Shown here: positions 1 through 7,343 of the stretch, piece after piece
Numbering within the stretch: the first letter of the stretch is position 1
Layout: each line of letters starts with the position of its first letter
Source: a virus
Virus record (IMG/VR): IMGVR_UViG_3300000052_000001
Location: 1 to 39,818 of that record
Length of the DNA: 39,818 nucleotides
Strand: one strand, 5' to 3'
Notes under the pieces: generated by a model
What the model saw: the letters and a program-made list of their open reading frames with translations, nothing else
Told to the model about the DNA's origin: nothing
Databases searched by the model: none
Made by a program: the position numbers and the translations under genes

Positions 1-47
1 CACCTGTGCCTGCTGGCGGAGCGATAGCGAGCCATGACCATGCACAG
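1..47. repeat. Terminal direct repeat, copy 1 (identical to 39772..39818)
   Basis: cacctgtgcctgctggcggagcgatagcgagccatgaccatgcacag occurs verbatim at both window ends. It covers the last 27 nt of the tail-fibre ORF plus 20 nt downstream. Confidence 0.95.
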
Positions 48-104
48 ATTGCCTGACAGCCGCAACCTGATGCGCCACCTAACAACCCAAGCGGGAGACA
101 GCCA

Positions 105-380
105 TTGAAGATCATCGTACAAACCGCTGCTGACCTAGACGCCCTGCAGCAGGCGGACCCGCACGGCTATCGCGAGCAGCTGACAGCCATCCTCGGCAGC
201 GCCCGTATCCGCACAAATCAGGCCGAGTATCCAGAGGATTACGACAGCACATTAACTGAGGGCGATGAGGGTTATATCGCGCCGCTGTGGGTCGAGGTCG
301 ATGACGGGGCAACTCTGGCGCGACTGGGCTTTGAGAGCCGCACGGCGGTGGAGCTGCGGCTTTCGAGCCTCGACGGCTAA
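105..380 (+). CDS. Hypothetical 91-aa acidic protein between tail fibre and endolysin
   Basis: TTG start about 7 nt after a GGGAGA Shine-Dalgarno. No domain recognised. Followed by its own intrinsic terminator. Confidence 0.55.
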   Translation: MKIIVQTAADLDALQQADPHGYREQLTAILGSARIRTNQAEYPEDYDSTLTEGDEGYIAPLWVEVDDGATLARLGFESRTAVELRLSSLDG

Positions 381-407
381 TCGGCTGGCCCGATCAGAAG
401 CACCATG

Positions 408-427
408 CCCGCTTCGGCGGGTTTTTT
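408..427 (+). terminator. Rho-independent terminator
   Basis: Stem cccgc / loop ttcg / stem gcggg, followed by TTTTTT. Confidence 0.75.
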
Positions 428-444
428 ATTGCCTGGAGAAAACC

Positions 445-876
445 ATGCACACATCCGAAACCGGCCTGGCGCTGATTCGCCAGTTCGAGGGGCTGCGCCT
501 GCTCGCCTATAAATGCGCGGCTGGCGTCTGGACCGTCGGCTATGGTTCGACGGCTGGCGTAAAGCCCGGCCAGAGCATCACGAAAGAGCGCGCCGAAGAA
601 CTGCTACGCGAGGACGTGGCGCGATTCGAGGCTCATGTGCGCCGACTTGTCCGCGTGTCGATCACGCAGGGGCAGTTCGATGCCTTGGTCGCCTTCGCGT
701 TCAACGTCGGCCATGGCGCGCTTGAGCGCTCGACCCTGCTGCGCCTGCTCAACGACGGCAAATACGACGAGGCCGCGTTGCAGTTCAATCGCTGGGTCAA
801 GGGTGGCGGCAAAGATCTGCCCGGCCTTGTCCGTCGCCGTGCTGCTGAGCGTGCGTTGTTCGAGGCCGTCGCATGA
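445..876 (+). CDS. Endolysin, glycoside hydrolase family 24 (T4/P22-type lysozyme)
   Basis: 143 aa from the ATG at 445, preceded by GGAGAAAAC. FEGLRLLAYKCAAGVWTVGYG fits the E-8-(D/C)-5-T lysozyme catalytic pattern. No N-terminal TM segment. Confidence 0.9.
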   Translation: MHTSETGLALIRQFEGLRLLAYKCAAGVWTVGYGSTAGVKPGQSITKERAEELLREDVARFEAHVRRLVRVSITQGQFDALVAFAFNVGHGALERSTLLRLLNDGKYDEAALQFNRWVKGGGKDLPGLVRRRAAERALFEAVA

Positions 877-1355
877 TGCCGCCCCGCCTGATCGCCGCAA
901 TCACTCTCGCGCTGATGGCCCTGTCCGCTGCCGGCGCCTGGCAATACCAGGCCAACCGCTACGAACGCCAGATCGCTGATATCCGAGCCGACTACGCCGA
1001 GGCCGCGCGCAAAGCCGAAGCGCAAGCCCGCTCCGAAGAACAACGCCGACAGACCGCAATCGAGGGCATCCGCCGTGACGCACAAACCCAAATCGCTGCC
1101 GTGGCCGCTGATGCTGCTGCCGCTGATGCTGCTGCTAGCCGGCTGCGCAACCGAGTTGCCGAGCTATCCCGTCGACCCGCCCGCTGTCCCGGCGCTGCCG
1201 CAGGAGGCGAGACAACCGACCCCGCCCGCGATCTGCTCGCCGTCATGCTCAGCCGGATTGATGATGCTGCGGGAGGAATTGCTGAGTATGCCGACCGAGC
1301 CCGAGTAGCGGGGGCGGCGTGTGAGGGGGCTTATGATGCTGTGAGGGGGGATTAG
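873..1355 (+). CDS. Rz: i-spanin (Rz-like)
   Basis: ATGA overlap with the endolysin stop. N-terminal TM helix (LIAAITLALMALSAAGAW) followed by an Ala/Glu/Arg-rich coiled-coil periplasmic region. Confidence 0.8.
   Translation: MMPPRLIAAITLALMALSAAGAWQYQANRYERQIADIRADYAEAARKAEAQARSEEQRRQTAIEGIRRDAQTQIAAVAADAAAADAAASRLRNRVAELSRRPARCPGAAAGGETTDPARDLLAVMLSRIDDAAGGIAEYADRARVAGAACEGAYDAVRGD
1075..1308 (+). CDS. Rz1: o-spanin lipoprotein (Rz1-like), fully embedded in the +1 frame of the i-spanin gene
   Basis: GTG start 8 nt after GAGGG. Signal peptide with lipobox LLAGC. Pro-rich mature part. Embedded position as in lambda Rz/Rz1. Confidence 0.75.
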   Translation: MTHKPKSLPWPLMLLPLMLLLAGCATELPSYPVDPPAVPALPQEARQPTPPAICSPSCSAGLMMLREELLSMPTEPE

Positions 1356-1717
1356 GTTTGCCCGGACGGGCTGGGATAGTAGACCGGGACACCGGCCTCT
1401 GTTGCTGCGGACGCCATATCGGCACTTCCCTTGCCGCCAGGGAAGCAGACAACGCCATCCGGCCGCAGGGTTAGCATGTACCGGTTCCGAAGCGGGCCGG
1501 CGCGCTTGCCGTGCGTCTCCCACTCTGCCCGGCAGCGGGTGAGCGGGATGCCATAGCCGGTCGCCCATTCCCGAGCCCAGCGATCTGCGCCGGTCGGGCA
1601 TTCTCCCTGGATGACCTCGGCTATCCCGCGCAGCGTGTGGATCTTGTCGAGCACTCGGAACGCGTAGTCGCGGTCGGCGTAGTCGCGGCCTCCGCAGACG
1701 ATGATTCGGACGGGCAT
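1352..1717 (-). CDS. DUF2493 / SLOG-superfamily protein (moron next to attP)
   Basis: 121 aa from the ATG at 1717, preceded by AGGAAGG. RIIVCGGRDY...GADRWAREWA...GPLRNRYML...PDGVVCFPGGKGSADM matches the DUF2493 SLOG pattern. Its stop codon overlaps the Rz stop on the opposite strand. Confidence 0.75.
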   Translation of the reverse strand: MPVRIIVCGGRDYADRDYAFRVLDKIHTLRGIAEVIQGECPTGADRWAREWATGYGIPLTRCRAEWETHGKRAGPLRNRYMLTLRPDGVVCFPGGKGSADMASAATEAGVPVYYPSPSGQT

Positions 1718-1745
1718 GCAGGGCCTTCCTGTGGGCAACAAAAAA

Positions 1746-1767
1746 GGTTGCTGAAATGTTGCTGAAA
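1746..1767 (+). repeat. Arm-type repeat ggttgctgaaatgttgctgaaa (putative integrase arm site, P arm)
   Basis: The same 21-mer recurs at 1908..1928. An inverted variant lies at 1789..1809. Confidence 0.6.
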
Positions 1768-1788
1768 CCGACCGTAACCCAGCGTCAT

Positions 1789-1809
1789 TTTCAGCGACTT
1801 TCAGCAACC
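1789..1809 (-). repeat. Inverted copy of the arm-type repeat (ggttgctgaaagtcgctgaaa on the minus strand)
   Basis: Shares the two GCTGAAA half-sites with the direct copies. The half-site spacing is one nt shorter. Confidence 0.55.
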
Positions 1810-1844
1810 TTTTCCGCTGGAGGCCCCGTATTCCGGGGCTTGTA

Positions 1845-1876
1845 TGGTGGAGCCGGGGGGATTTGAACCCCCGTCC
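1845..1876 (-). other. attP core: 3'-terminal fragment of a tmRNA/tRNA gene (T-arm, 3' acceptor strand, CCA)
   Basis: The minus strand reads GGACGGGGGTTCAAATCCCCCCGGCTCCACCA: a 5-bp T stem, a TTCAAAT loop, an acceptor 3' strand with a U at the position pairing with G3, discriminator A and CCA. No 5' half of a tRNA is present. It lies next to the integrase gene. Confidence 0.7.
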
Positions 1877-1907
1877 TGTTGGCGTATTTGCTGGGCTGTA
1901 GCGGGGT

Positions 1908-1928
1908 GGTTGCTGAAATGTTGCTGAA
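1908..1928 (+). repeat. Arm-type repeat ggttgctgaaatgttgctgaa (putative integrase arm site, P' arm)
   Basis: 21/21 identity with 1746..1766. It lies on the other side of the tRNA-like core. Confidence 0.6.
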
Positions 1929-2246
1929 CTAGCTGTTTTTGCCTATCTCTGCGGCGGCGCGAACGATGGCGCGGCGCCAACCTGACGTGTAGTCTTCGGG
2001 GCCGTACATGTATTCGATGCACTCAACGCCATTTTCGTCTTCTGCAAGAATGCAGGCTTCAGACGCCAGGACGTTCAGCACAAGCTTCGCCGCCAGCCGC
2101 AGTGCATCGCCGTCATCGTCGAGCGGGTCCCACTGCTCTCGCCCGATCTCTTCCTCGCATCGGTAGTAGCAGCCGGAATTCTTAACCCACTCCACCTGAT
2201 AGCCAGCAGCCTTCGCCGCCAGTTCAAGCAATTCAATATCCTGCAT
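1929..2246 (-). CDS. Hypothetical protein (105 aa)
   Basis: ATG at 2246 preceded by AAGGAGG. Overlaps the integrase 3' end by 14 nt. No domain recognised with confidence. Confidence 0.65.
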   Translation of the reverse strand: MQDIELLELAAKAAGYQVEWVKNSGCYYRCEEEIGREQWDPLDDDGDALRLAAKLVLNVLASEACILAEDENGVECIEYMYGPEDYTSGWRRAIVRAAAEIGKNS

Positions 2247-3414
2247 TTGAATCCTCCTTAGGGATTTGAACCGGCGTCCCGAACAGCTCTGCCGCCTTGC
2301 TGCCTGACGTGTCGCCATCGTTCGGAATGTACCGGCCATAGACGCGGGCGATCATCACCCAACTGCTGTGGCCCATCTGTTTTGCTACCCACATTGGATG
2401 TTCGCCAGCTGACAGCATCATCGATGCATAGGTGTGCCGGGTCTGGTACGGGTTCCGGTAGCGAACCTTTGCCTTGCGTATCGTCGGAATCCAGAATGAT
2501 TTGCGAATAGCCTGGTCGCCGTCGAAAGGTTTGCCGTACCTCGGGTCATGGAAGACCGGCCCGCCTACTATATAGGTGTGCGCCTTCTGATCCTCGAGCG
2601 CGGCCAGCGCCATCGGCAACAGCTTCACATCCCGCAATCCTGCCGCCGTCTTCGGCAACTCCGCTTCCCTGGCCGCCTTGGTCAGTCCTCGCGATATCCG
2701 CGCCTCCCCCCGCAGCCAATCAATATCCCCCCATTCCAGCGCCACCAGCTCCGACGTGCGAAGGCCGGTCCAGAACGCGAACTGCAACAGATTCCGATAC
2801 TGCCCGGTGGCCGCCGCCAGGATCGCCGCCTGCTCCTCCTTCGTGAACGGGTCTATCTCGTCTTCGGCCTTGGGCTTGCCCTTCACCGAGTATGTCCAGC
2901 CGGCCAGCGGGTTCGATTCGATCAGCTCATCGTCCACCGCATCGTTGAGCGCAGACCGCAGGCAGCTTTGCACGTTGGCTAGCCGCTTGTTCGAGGCATC
3001 CATCTGCGACAGCTCGTCTCGGACCATCTTGCGCGTGAGCGTCACCAGCGGCACTTGCCCGAGCCTCGGGACCAGAACACCGCTGACGATCTTGCGGTAG
3101 CCGTCCAGGGTGGACGCCTTGAGATGCGCCTCCTTTCTGGCCAGCCACTTGTCGAGATAGTCGCAGAGGGGAATCTGCCCGGTCTGATGCCCGAGCTTGG
3201 CGGCGCGCTTTGACTTGGGGAAAGTCGCGGCGTAATCGAAGGTTCCGCTGTAGATGGCCAGCTCTATCGCAGCCTTGTGCTTCTCGGCCCGCTTTAGATT
3301 AGCGGGGCTGGGCTCAAGCGGGAGACGCTCGCGGCACTGCCGCCCCTCGAACATGAAACTGATTTCAATGCTGGTTGCCGACGCGCGCCTGACGCCATTC
3401 CGCTTTCCGCCCAT
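2233..3414 (-). CDS. int: Tyrosine integrase with N-terminal arm-binding (DUF3596-like) domain
   Basis: 393 aa from MGGKRNG. C-terminal catalytic region contains ...RTSEL..., HTYASMMLSAGEHPMWVAKQMGHSS and VYGRY (the R..H-x-x-R..Y pattern). Adjacent to attP. Confidence 0.9.
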   Translation of the reverse strand: MGGKRNGVRRASATSIEISFMFEGRQCRERLPLEPSPANLKRAEKHKAAIELAIYSGTFDYAATFPKSKRAAKLGHQTGQIPLCDYLDKWLARKEAHLKASTLDGYRKIVSGVLVPRLGQVPLVTLTRKMVRDELSQMDASNKRLANVQSCLRSALNDAVDDELIESNPLAGWTYSVKGKPKAEDEIDPFTKEEQAAILAAATGQYRNLLQFAFWTGLRTSELVALEWGDIDWLRGEARISRGLTKAAREAELPKTAAGLRDVKLLPMALAALEDQKAHTYIVGGPVFHDPRYGKPFDGDQAIRKSFWIPTIRKAKVRYRNPYQTRHTYASMMLSAGEHPMWVAKQMGHSSWVMIARVYGRYIPNDGDTSGSKAAELFGTPVQIPKEDSNAGY

Positions 3415-3572
3415 GCCTCGTACCCTTCCACGCTGATCAGCACCCGGTTGTCGGGCGCCTTGATCCACACCTCACCCATCGGCCAGGTGCCGTCCTGTAT
3501 TTTCGTTCGGATCGCGCGTTCAGTGTAGCCGCTTGCCTCTGCAAATTTCTTGACCGTCTGGTATCGGGCCAT
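3294..3572 (-). CDS. xis: Excisionase-like DNA-binding protein
   Basis: 92 aa. GGGGAGGA Shine-Dalgarno. Lies directly upstream of and overlapping int, as in lambda. Winged-helix-like N-terminus FAEASGYTERAIRTKIQDG. Confidence 0.6.
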   Translation of the reverse strand: MARYQTVKKFAEASGYTERAIRTKIQDGTWPMGEVWIKAPDNRVLISVEGYEAWAESGMASGARRQPALKSVSCSRGGSAASVSRLSPAPLI

Positions 3573-3657
3573 AGCAAATCCTCCCCGCCGACTCTCGCCG
3601 GCAGGCTGTATAGATAGTGGGGTTATCGGGGTGATTACCTGGCTTGGGGTCAGGGGG

Positions 3658-3930
3658 TCAGTCGTCCGGGTACAGGTCGTACTTGTGGCAGATTGCGTTC
3701 ATGTCCTGACGCGCACGAAACTCGCCCCACCCGTCACCGCCGACGCTGGTCTGGTAGATGTGCTGCATGCCGGGAAGTATCTGGCAGCCTTCGGCGCGGA
3801 CGGCTTCGACGGTTACCCAGTCATCCGGCTCCATATCCTGCTGGCCATAGTTGCTCCGGTCGAACCAGTAGTAGGCGCCACATGGATATGCCTTGCGCGC
3901 CACCCGTATTTCGTCACGTAGAAGCGCCAT
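3658..3930 (-). CDS. Hypothetical protein (90 aa), last gene of the leftward early operon
   Basis: AAGGAGG Shine-Dalgarno. The start abuts the stop of the upstream gene. Confidence 0.6.
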   Translation of the reverse strand: MALLRDEIRVARKAYPCGAYYWFDRSNYGQQDMEPDDWVTVEAVRAEGCQILPGMQHIYQTSVGGDGWGEFRARQDMNAICHKYDLYPDD

Positions 3931-4497
3931 TCACGCCTCCTTCGCAGCCAGGGCGGCTTTGGCGATGTCCCGACTGATATTGCAGGTGTCGTAGCACCAG
4001 TTCCTATCGTCGGCGAACTGCTCCAGCGCCTTCCGCAGCCCCTCGACCTCGGCGCGAGGCCTATCGCGCTCGCCTACGCTATCGGCAAATTCGTTCCAGT
4101 TTGTCTGCGCCGCACGCTTCAGTCGCTCATTCTCCTTCAGCAGCCTATCCCGCTCGGCGGTCACGGCGGCAAGCACGGGTATCGCGGCATTGCGATAGGC
4201 GTTCCAGCCGCTCCGATAGTTGACGCTGCCCCGATGGACAGTCTGGTAGGGTTCCACTTCCATTCGATCTGGTAGCGCACCTTCCGCCTCTGCGGGCCGG
4301 GCGAGGATGGCGCGGGCTGCGTCGTACATCGCGCATTCGGCGCACGGCTTGCCCGCAATCCCCTCCCGGTTTCCTTGGTCCCATATTCCGGGCTTGTCAT
4401 GGCAATGGCCGGGCGACCCTTGCCGTCCGCCGCCCTTTAGACTCCACAGCGCAACTAGGCCTTCAAGCAACTCCCGATCAATCAATACCTTGCTCAT
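3931..4497 (-). CDS. Hypothetical protein (188 aa) with C-terminal coiled-coil
   Basis: ATG at 4497 preceded by GGGGGAAGGA. An alternative GTG start lies at 4518. Confidence 0.65.
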   Translation of the reverse strand: MSKVLIDRELLEGLVALWSLKGGGRQGSPGHCHDKPGIWDQGNREGIAGKPCAECAMYDAARAILARPAEAEGALPDRMEVEPYQTVHRGSVNYRSGWNAYRNAAIPVLAAVTAERDRLLKENERLKRAAQTNWNEFADSVGERDRPRAEVEGLRKALEQFADDRNWCYDTCNISRDIAKAALAAKEA

Positions 4498-4514
4498 TCC
4501 TTCCCCCTCGGCGC

Positions 4515-4862
4515 TCACGCCGCAATCAAATCCGGCCTGCGTCTCAGCACTGCGCTGCGCAGGCTGTCATTCGGATGGCCGACAATCGCCGCCGCTTGCT
4601 CGGCAGGCATCGCCCGGCGCAGTTCGATAAACCGGCTCAGCGTCTCGTCCGGTATTGGGTGGCGGATTGCCGATGCGCGCAGATCCAGCGGCCACGGGCA
4701 TTCAGCGCGGCGGCGGGCAAACCATTTGCGCATGTCCGTCGAGGTGCGATAGCCGATGATCGTTGAGGCGTATTCGATTCCCTTGCCCTGTGCATACATC
4801 TCGCGGCAGGTTTCGGCTACGGTCTGGCCTGTGCGGGCGTAGTGGGCGCTGGCGATTGTCAT
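4515..4862 (-). CDS. Hypothetical protein (115 aa)
   Basis: ATG at 4862 forms an ATGA overlap with the upstream gene stop. GGAGA Shine-Dalgarno. Confidence 0.6.
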   Translation of the reverse strand: MTIASAHYARTGQTVAETCREMYAQGKGIEYASTIIGYRTSTDMRKWFARRRAECPWPLDLRASAIRHPIPDETLSRFIELRRAMPAEQAAAIVGHPNDSLRSAVLRRRPDLIAA

Positions 4863-5068
4863 GCTCTCGTCTCCGTAAACAGTTTTTCCCAGGGCGACAC
4901 AATCGGTCGCATGTATCCCCGCGATCTCGTCCGGCTCGGCTTCTCCGCAACGCAGGCCCGGCACGTCCAGTCGAGGCCGTCCGGGTTGCGGGTGTGACGG
5001 AAGAAGAATTCGCCGTCAGCGGGCCACCATTCGCCGCACTTCTTGCAGAACTTTTCGGGCTCGGTCAT
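4859..5068 (-). CDS. Small zinc-ribbon-like protein (69 aa)
   Basis: CKKCG...CRAC cysteine pairs. ATGA overlaps at both ends. Confidence 0.6.
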   Translation of the reverse strand: MTEPEKFCKKCGEWWPADGEFFFRHTRNPDGLDWTCRACVAEKPSRTRSRGYMRPIVSPWEKLFTETRA

Positions 5069-5526
5069 GCCGCGACCCTCGCTTGGCTCCAGGCGCCGCA
5101 CGCCTCGAATATCCGGTCGGCCTGCTCGTCGTCGAGGCTGGTCGCGCTTGGAATGGCGATCCACCCTGAGCCGATTCGATGGTTCGGGTTGCTGCCCTTG
5201 ACGAGCGCGGTGTAGTGCTCTTCCAGCACCCGGGCGAGATCGTCGGAGCGGTAGATGCCGCGCGGCGCCACTTCGGCGGCCTTCATGTAGCGCAGCCCCT
5301 TCTCGTCCACGCAGAACGCAGCGAGGTAGATGGTCCAGCTGTGGGCGATATCGCAGACGGCCTCGGCAACGTCGCGGCCGGTCTTGATGTTCTTGCAGGT
5401 CAGCCAGTCAACCAGCCCCTGCCGCCCCTCGGGGTCAATGTTCACGACCGCCACGCGATGCAGGCTCAGCAGGGCGCGGCGCTCGCGAAGGAATCGCTTC
5501 ATCGGGTTGTATGGCTTGCGTTTCAT
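5065..5526 (-). CDS. Hypothetical protein (153 aa)
   Basis: ATGA overlaps with both neighbouring genes. Confidence 0.65.
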   Translation of the reverse strand: MKRKPYNPMKRFLRERRALLSLHRVAVVNIDPEGRQGLVDWLTCKNIKTGRDVAEAVCDIAHSWTIYLAAFCVDEKGLRYMKAAEVAPRGIYRSDDLARVLEEHYTALVKGSNPNHRIGSGWIAIPSATSLDDEQADRIFEACGAWSQARVAA

Positions 5527-5684
5527 GCCGCCTCCTTGCCGTACCTATCGCGATGCCCGGCGAGCCAGGCACAGCGCTTGCCGATCTCGTCTATGCCATA
5601 CGGGCACGCCTCGCCAATCTCAGCCCTGCGGCCTTCTCGCAGCTCGCGGATGTAGCGCGGGATTTTCAGTCGTGCGGGAGTCAT
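5523..5684 (-). CDS. Small hypothetical protein (53 aa, below the ORF-track cutoff)
   Basis: My translation: MTPARLKIPRYIRELREGRRAEIGEACPYGIDEIGKRCAWLAGHRDRYGKEAA. It exactly fills the gap between two genes, with an ATGA overlap on each side. Confidence 0.45.
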   Translation of the reverse strand: MTPARLKIPRYIRELREGRRAEIGEACPYGIDEIGKRCAWLAGHRDRYGKEAA

Positions 5685-6061
5685 ATACGGTGCGGCTCTT
5701 TGAGTTCGATGCGGCCCAGCGCGGCTAGCTGCTCGACCCGTGGCCGGCTGAGCTTGTCGCCATCCTTGCGCATGAGCTGCGCGACTTCGTTCGCTGTCCG
5801 CAGGTATGGCAGGCCAGCCAGATCAATCACCGCCAGCTCGCGAATGCGCTCAATCAGCCGCAGCTGTTCGGCTTCGTACTCGCGGCGCTTGTAGTCGCTC
5901 TTTGTGACCGGGCCGTAGTTGTACGAGTGACGCCGATCAGGAGCGCGCTCGGTGGTTTCGAGGCGATGGATTTCGCCGCCAGCGGCCAGGAATTGATTGA
6001 TCAGATTGTCGTTTTCAGCGCGAGCGGATGCGTTCTGCGCGATTGCAGTCTGTGAAAACAT
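5681..6061 (-). CDS. Hypothetical protein (126 aa)
   Basis: Sits in the operon and overlaps the next gene by ATGA. Weak Shine-Dalgarno. Confidence 0.6.
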   Translation of the reverse strand: MFSQTAIAQNASARAENDNLINQFLAAGGEIHRLETTERAPDRRHSYNYGPVTKSDYKRREYEAEQLRLIERIRELAVIDLAGLPYLRTANEVAQLMRKDGDKLSRPRVEQLAALGRIELKEPHRI

Positions 6062-6105
6062 GGTGTCTTTTCCGGTGGGGTAGGGCGCCGGAGCGCCCGG
6101 CGGGG

Positions 6106-6822
6106 TTAGGCTGCTTGCTGGAAGGTCAGGCGCTGGTGGATCTGGCGAACCCGCTCAACGTCGCCAGCGCAGTACCGGGCAACGTCAGCGATGCGGCCAG
6201 CCTTCACGAAGTCCCAAACCTTGCTGCCGTCGATTTCGTCTTCGATCTCGCTGCCCTTGCCGGCAATGCCGAAGGCGCGACACAGCTTGTCCAGGCTGAC
6301 GCGGTTACGTGCGCCGGCCCATGCGGTCATGGTGTCGAAGACCGTCTTGTCCCACGGCTTCGCGTCGAAGGGCAGGCACTCTGGCGGGCGAATGCCCAGC
6401 ATTACCGCGCGCTGGAAGATGAAGCGCAGATCGAAGTCCAGGACGTTATGCCCGATTATCGTCGGCGCCGATCCGGTGCGAGTGCCGCCAGCAAGCATCC
6501 TGCCGCCCGCGCCACTCACCGCAGCGAAGAACCCAGCAAGCATGTCTCGCTCAGCTTCCGGCGTGCCGTAGGCATCGTGGTAGAGCGTCACTGGCTCATC
6601 GTCACCGATGGCGTAACCGATGACAGCGATGTGACCGAGCGCGCCGTCGAAGCTGGTCTTGCGCCAAGCCTCGTCGATTGCGGCCTCGCGACACTCTGCG
6701 TTCCACTTGGCGATTGTTTCCGGCTTGCTCATGCTGGCCGGATGGGAAACAGATTCCGCGATCAGTTCGCGCACCGCTGGCGACTGGCCGGGTATGGTTT
6801 CGATATCTAGATGGATGTTCAT
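6106..6822 (-). CDS. DnaQ-like 3'-5' exonuclease (PolB-exo-like, RNase H fold)
   Basis: Exo motifs HLDIETIP (DxE), IIGHNVLDFDLRF and YCAGDVERV. ATG at 6822 with a GGAG Shine-Dalgarno. Confidence 0.8.
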   Translation of the reverse strand: MNIHLDIETIPGQSPAVRELIAESVSHPASMSKPETIAKWNAECREAAIDEAWRKTSFDGALGHIAVIGYAIGDDEPVTLYHDAYGTPEAERDMLAGFFAAVSGAGGRMLAGGTRTGSAPTIIGHNVLDFDLRFIFQRAVMLGIRPPECLPFDAKPWDKTVFDTMTAWAGARNRVSLDKLCRAFGIAGKGSEIEDEIDGSKVWDFVKAGRIADVARYCAGDVERVRQIHQRLTFQQAA

Positions 6823-6866
6823 TTTCAACTCCAAAGAGAAGGGCGCCCTAGAGCGCCCTTGTGTGG

Positions 6867-7343
6867 TCAGATGCCGGCCAGATACGGCAGCGAGCGGAAC
6901 GGAATGTCATCATCGAAGGCGTCCGGCCCCTGCGTGCCTTGCTGGCTCTGCGGCTGCGGAGCGGGGCGCTGTTGCTGCTGACGCGGCGCCTGGCCCTCAC
7001 CCTTGCCGCCGAGCATCTGCATGGAGCCGTCGATACCTACCAGCACCTCCGTGGTGTAGCGCTTGACGCCATCCTTCTCCCATTCGCGAGTGCGCAGCTT
7101 GCCCTCCACGTAGAGCTGTTGCCCCTTGCGAACGTACTCGCCGACGATCTCGGCGATCTTGCCGCTGAAGACCACGCGATGCCATTCGGTGCGCTCCTGT
7201 AGCTGGCCGGTCTGCTTGTCCTTCCAGCTTTCCGAGGTGGCCAGTGTCAGGTTGGCGAAGGCGTTGCCGTTGGGCGCATAGCGCACCTCGGGGTCGCTGC
7301 CTGCGTTGCCGATGAGGATGACCTTGTTTACTCCGCGACTCAT
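6867..7343 (-). CDS. ssb: Single-stranded DNA-binding protein with a 9-residue extension after the canonical DDDIPF tip
   Basis: OB-fold N-terminus [18 protein letters not shown], a Gly/Gln/Pro linker, then DDDIPF followed by RSLPYLAGI. Confidence 0.9.
   Translation of the reverse strand: MSRGVNKVILIGNAGSDPEVRYAPNGNAFANLTLATSESWKDKQTGQLQERTEWHRVVFSGKIAEIVGEYVRKGQQLYVEGKLRTREWEKDGVKRYTTEVLVGIDGSMQMLGGKGEGQAPRQQQQRPAPQPQSQQGTQGPDAFDDDIPFRSLPYLAGI

Noticed and set aside
1845-1876. Intact tRNA or tmRNA gene
   Set aside because: Only the T-arm, the 3' acceptor strand and CCA are present. No complementary 5' acceptor strand, D-arm or anticodon arm lies within the expected distance, and neighbouring sequence is occupied by repeats and an ORF.
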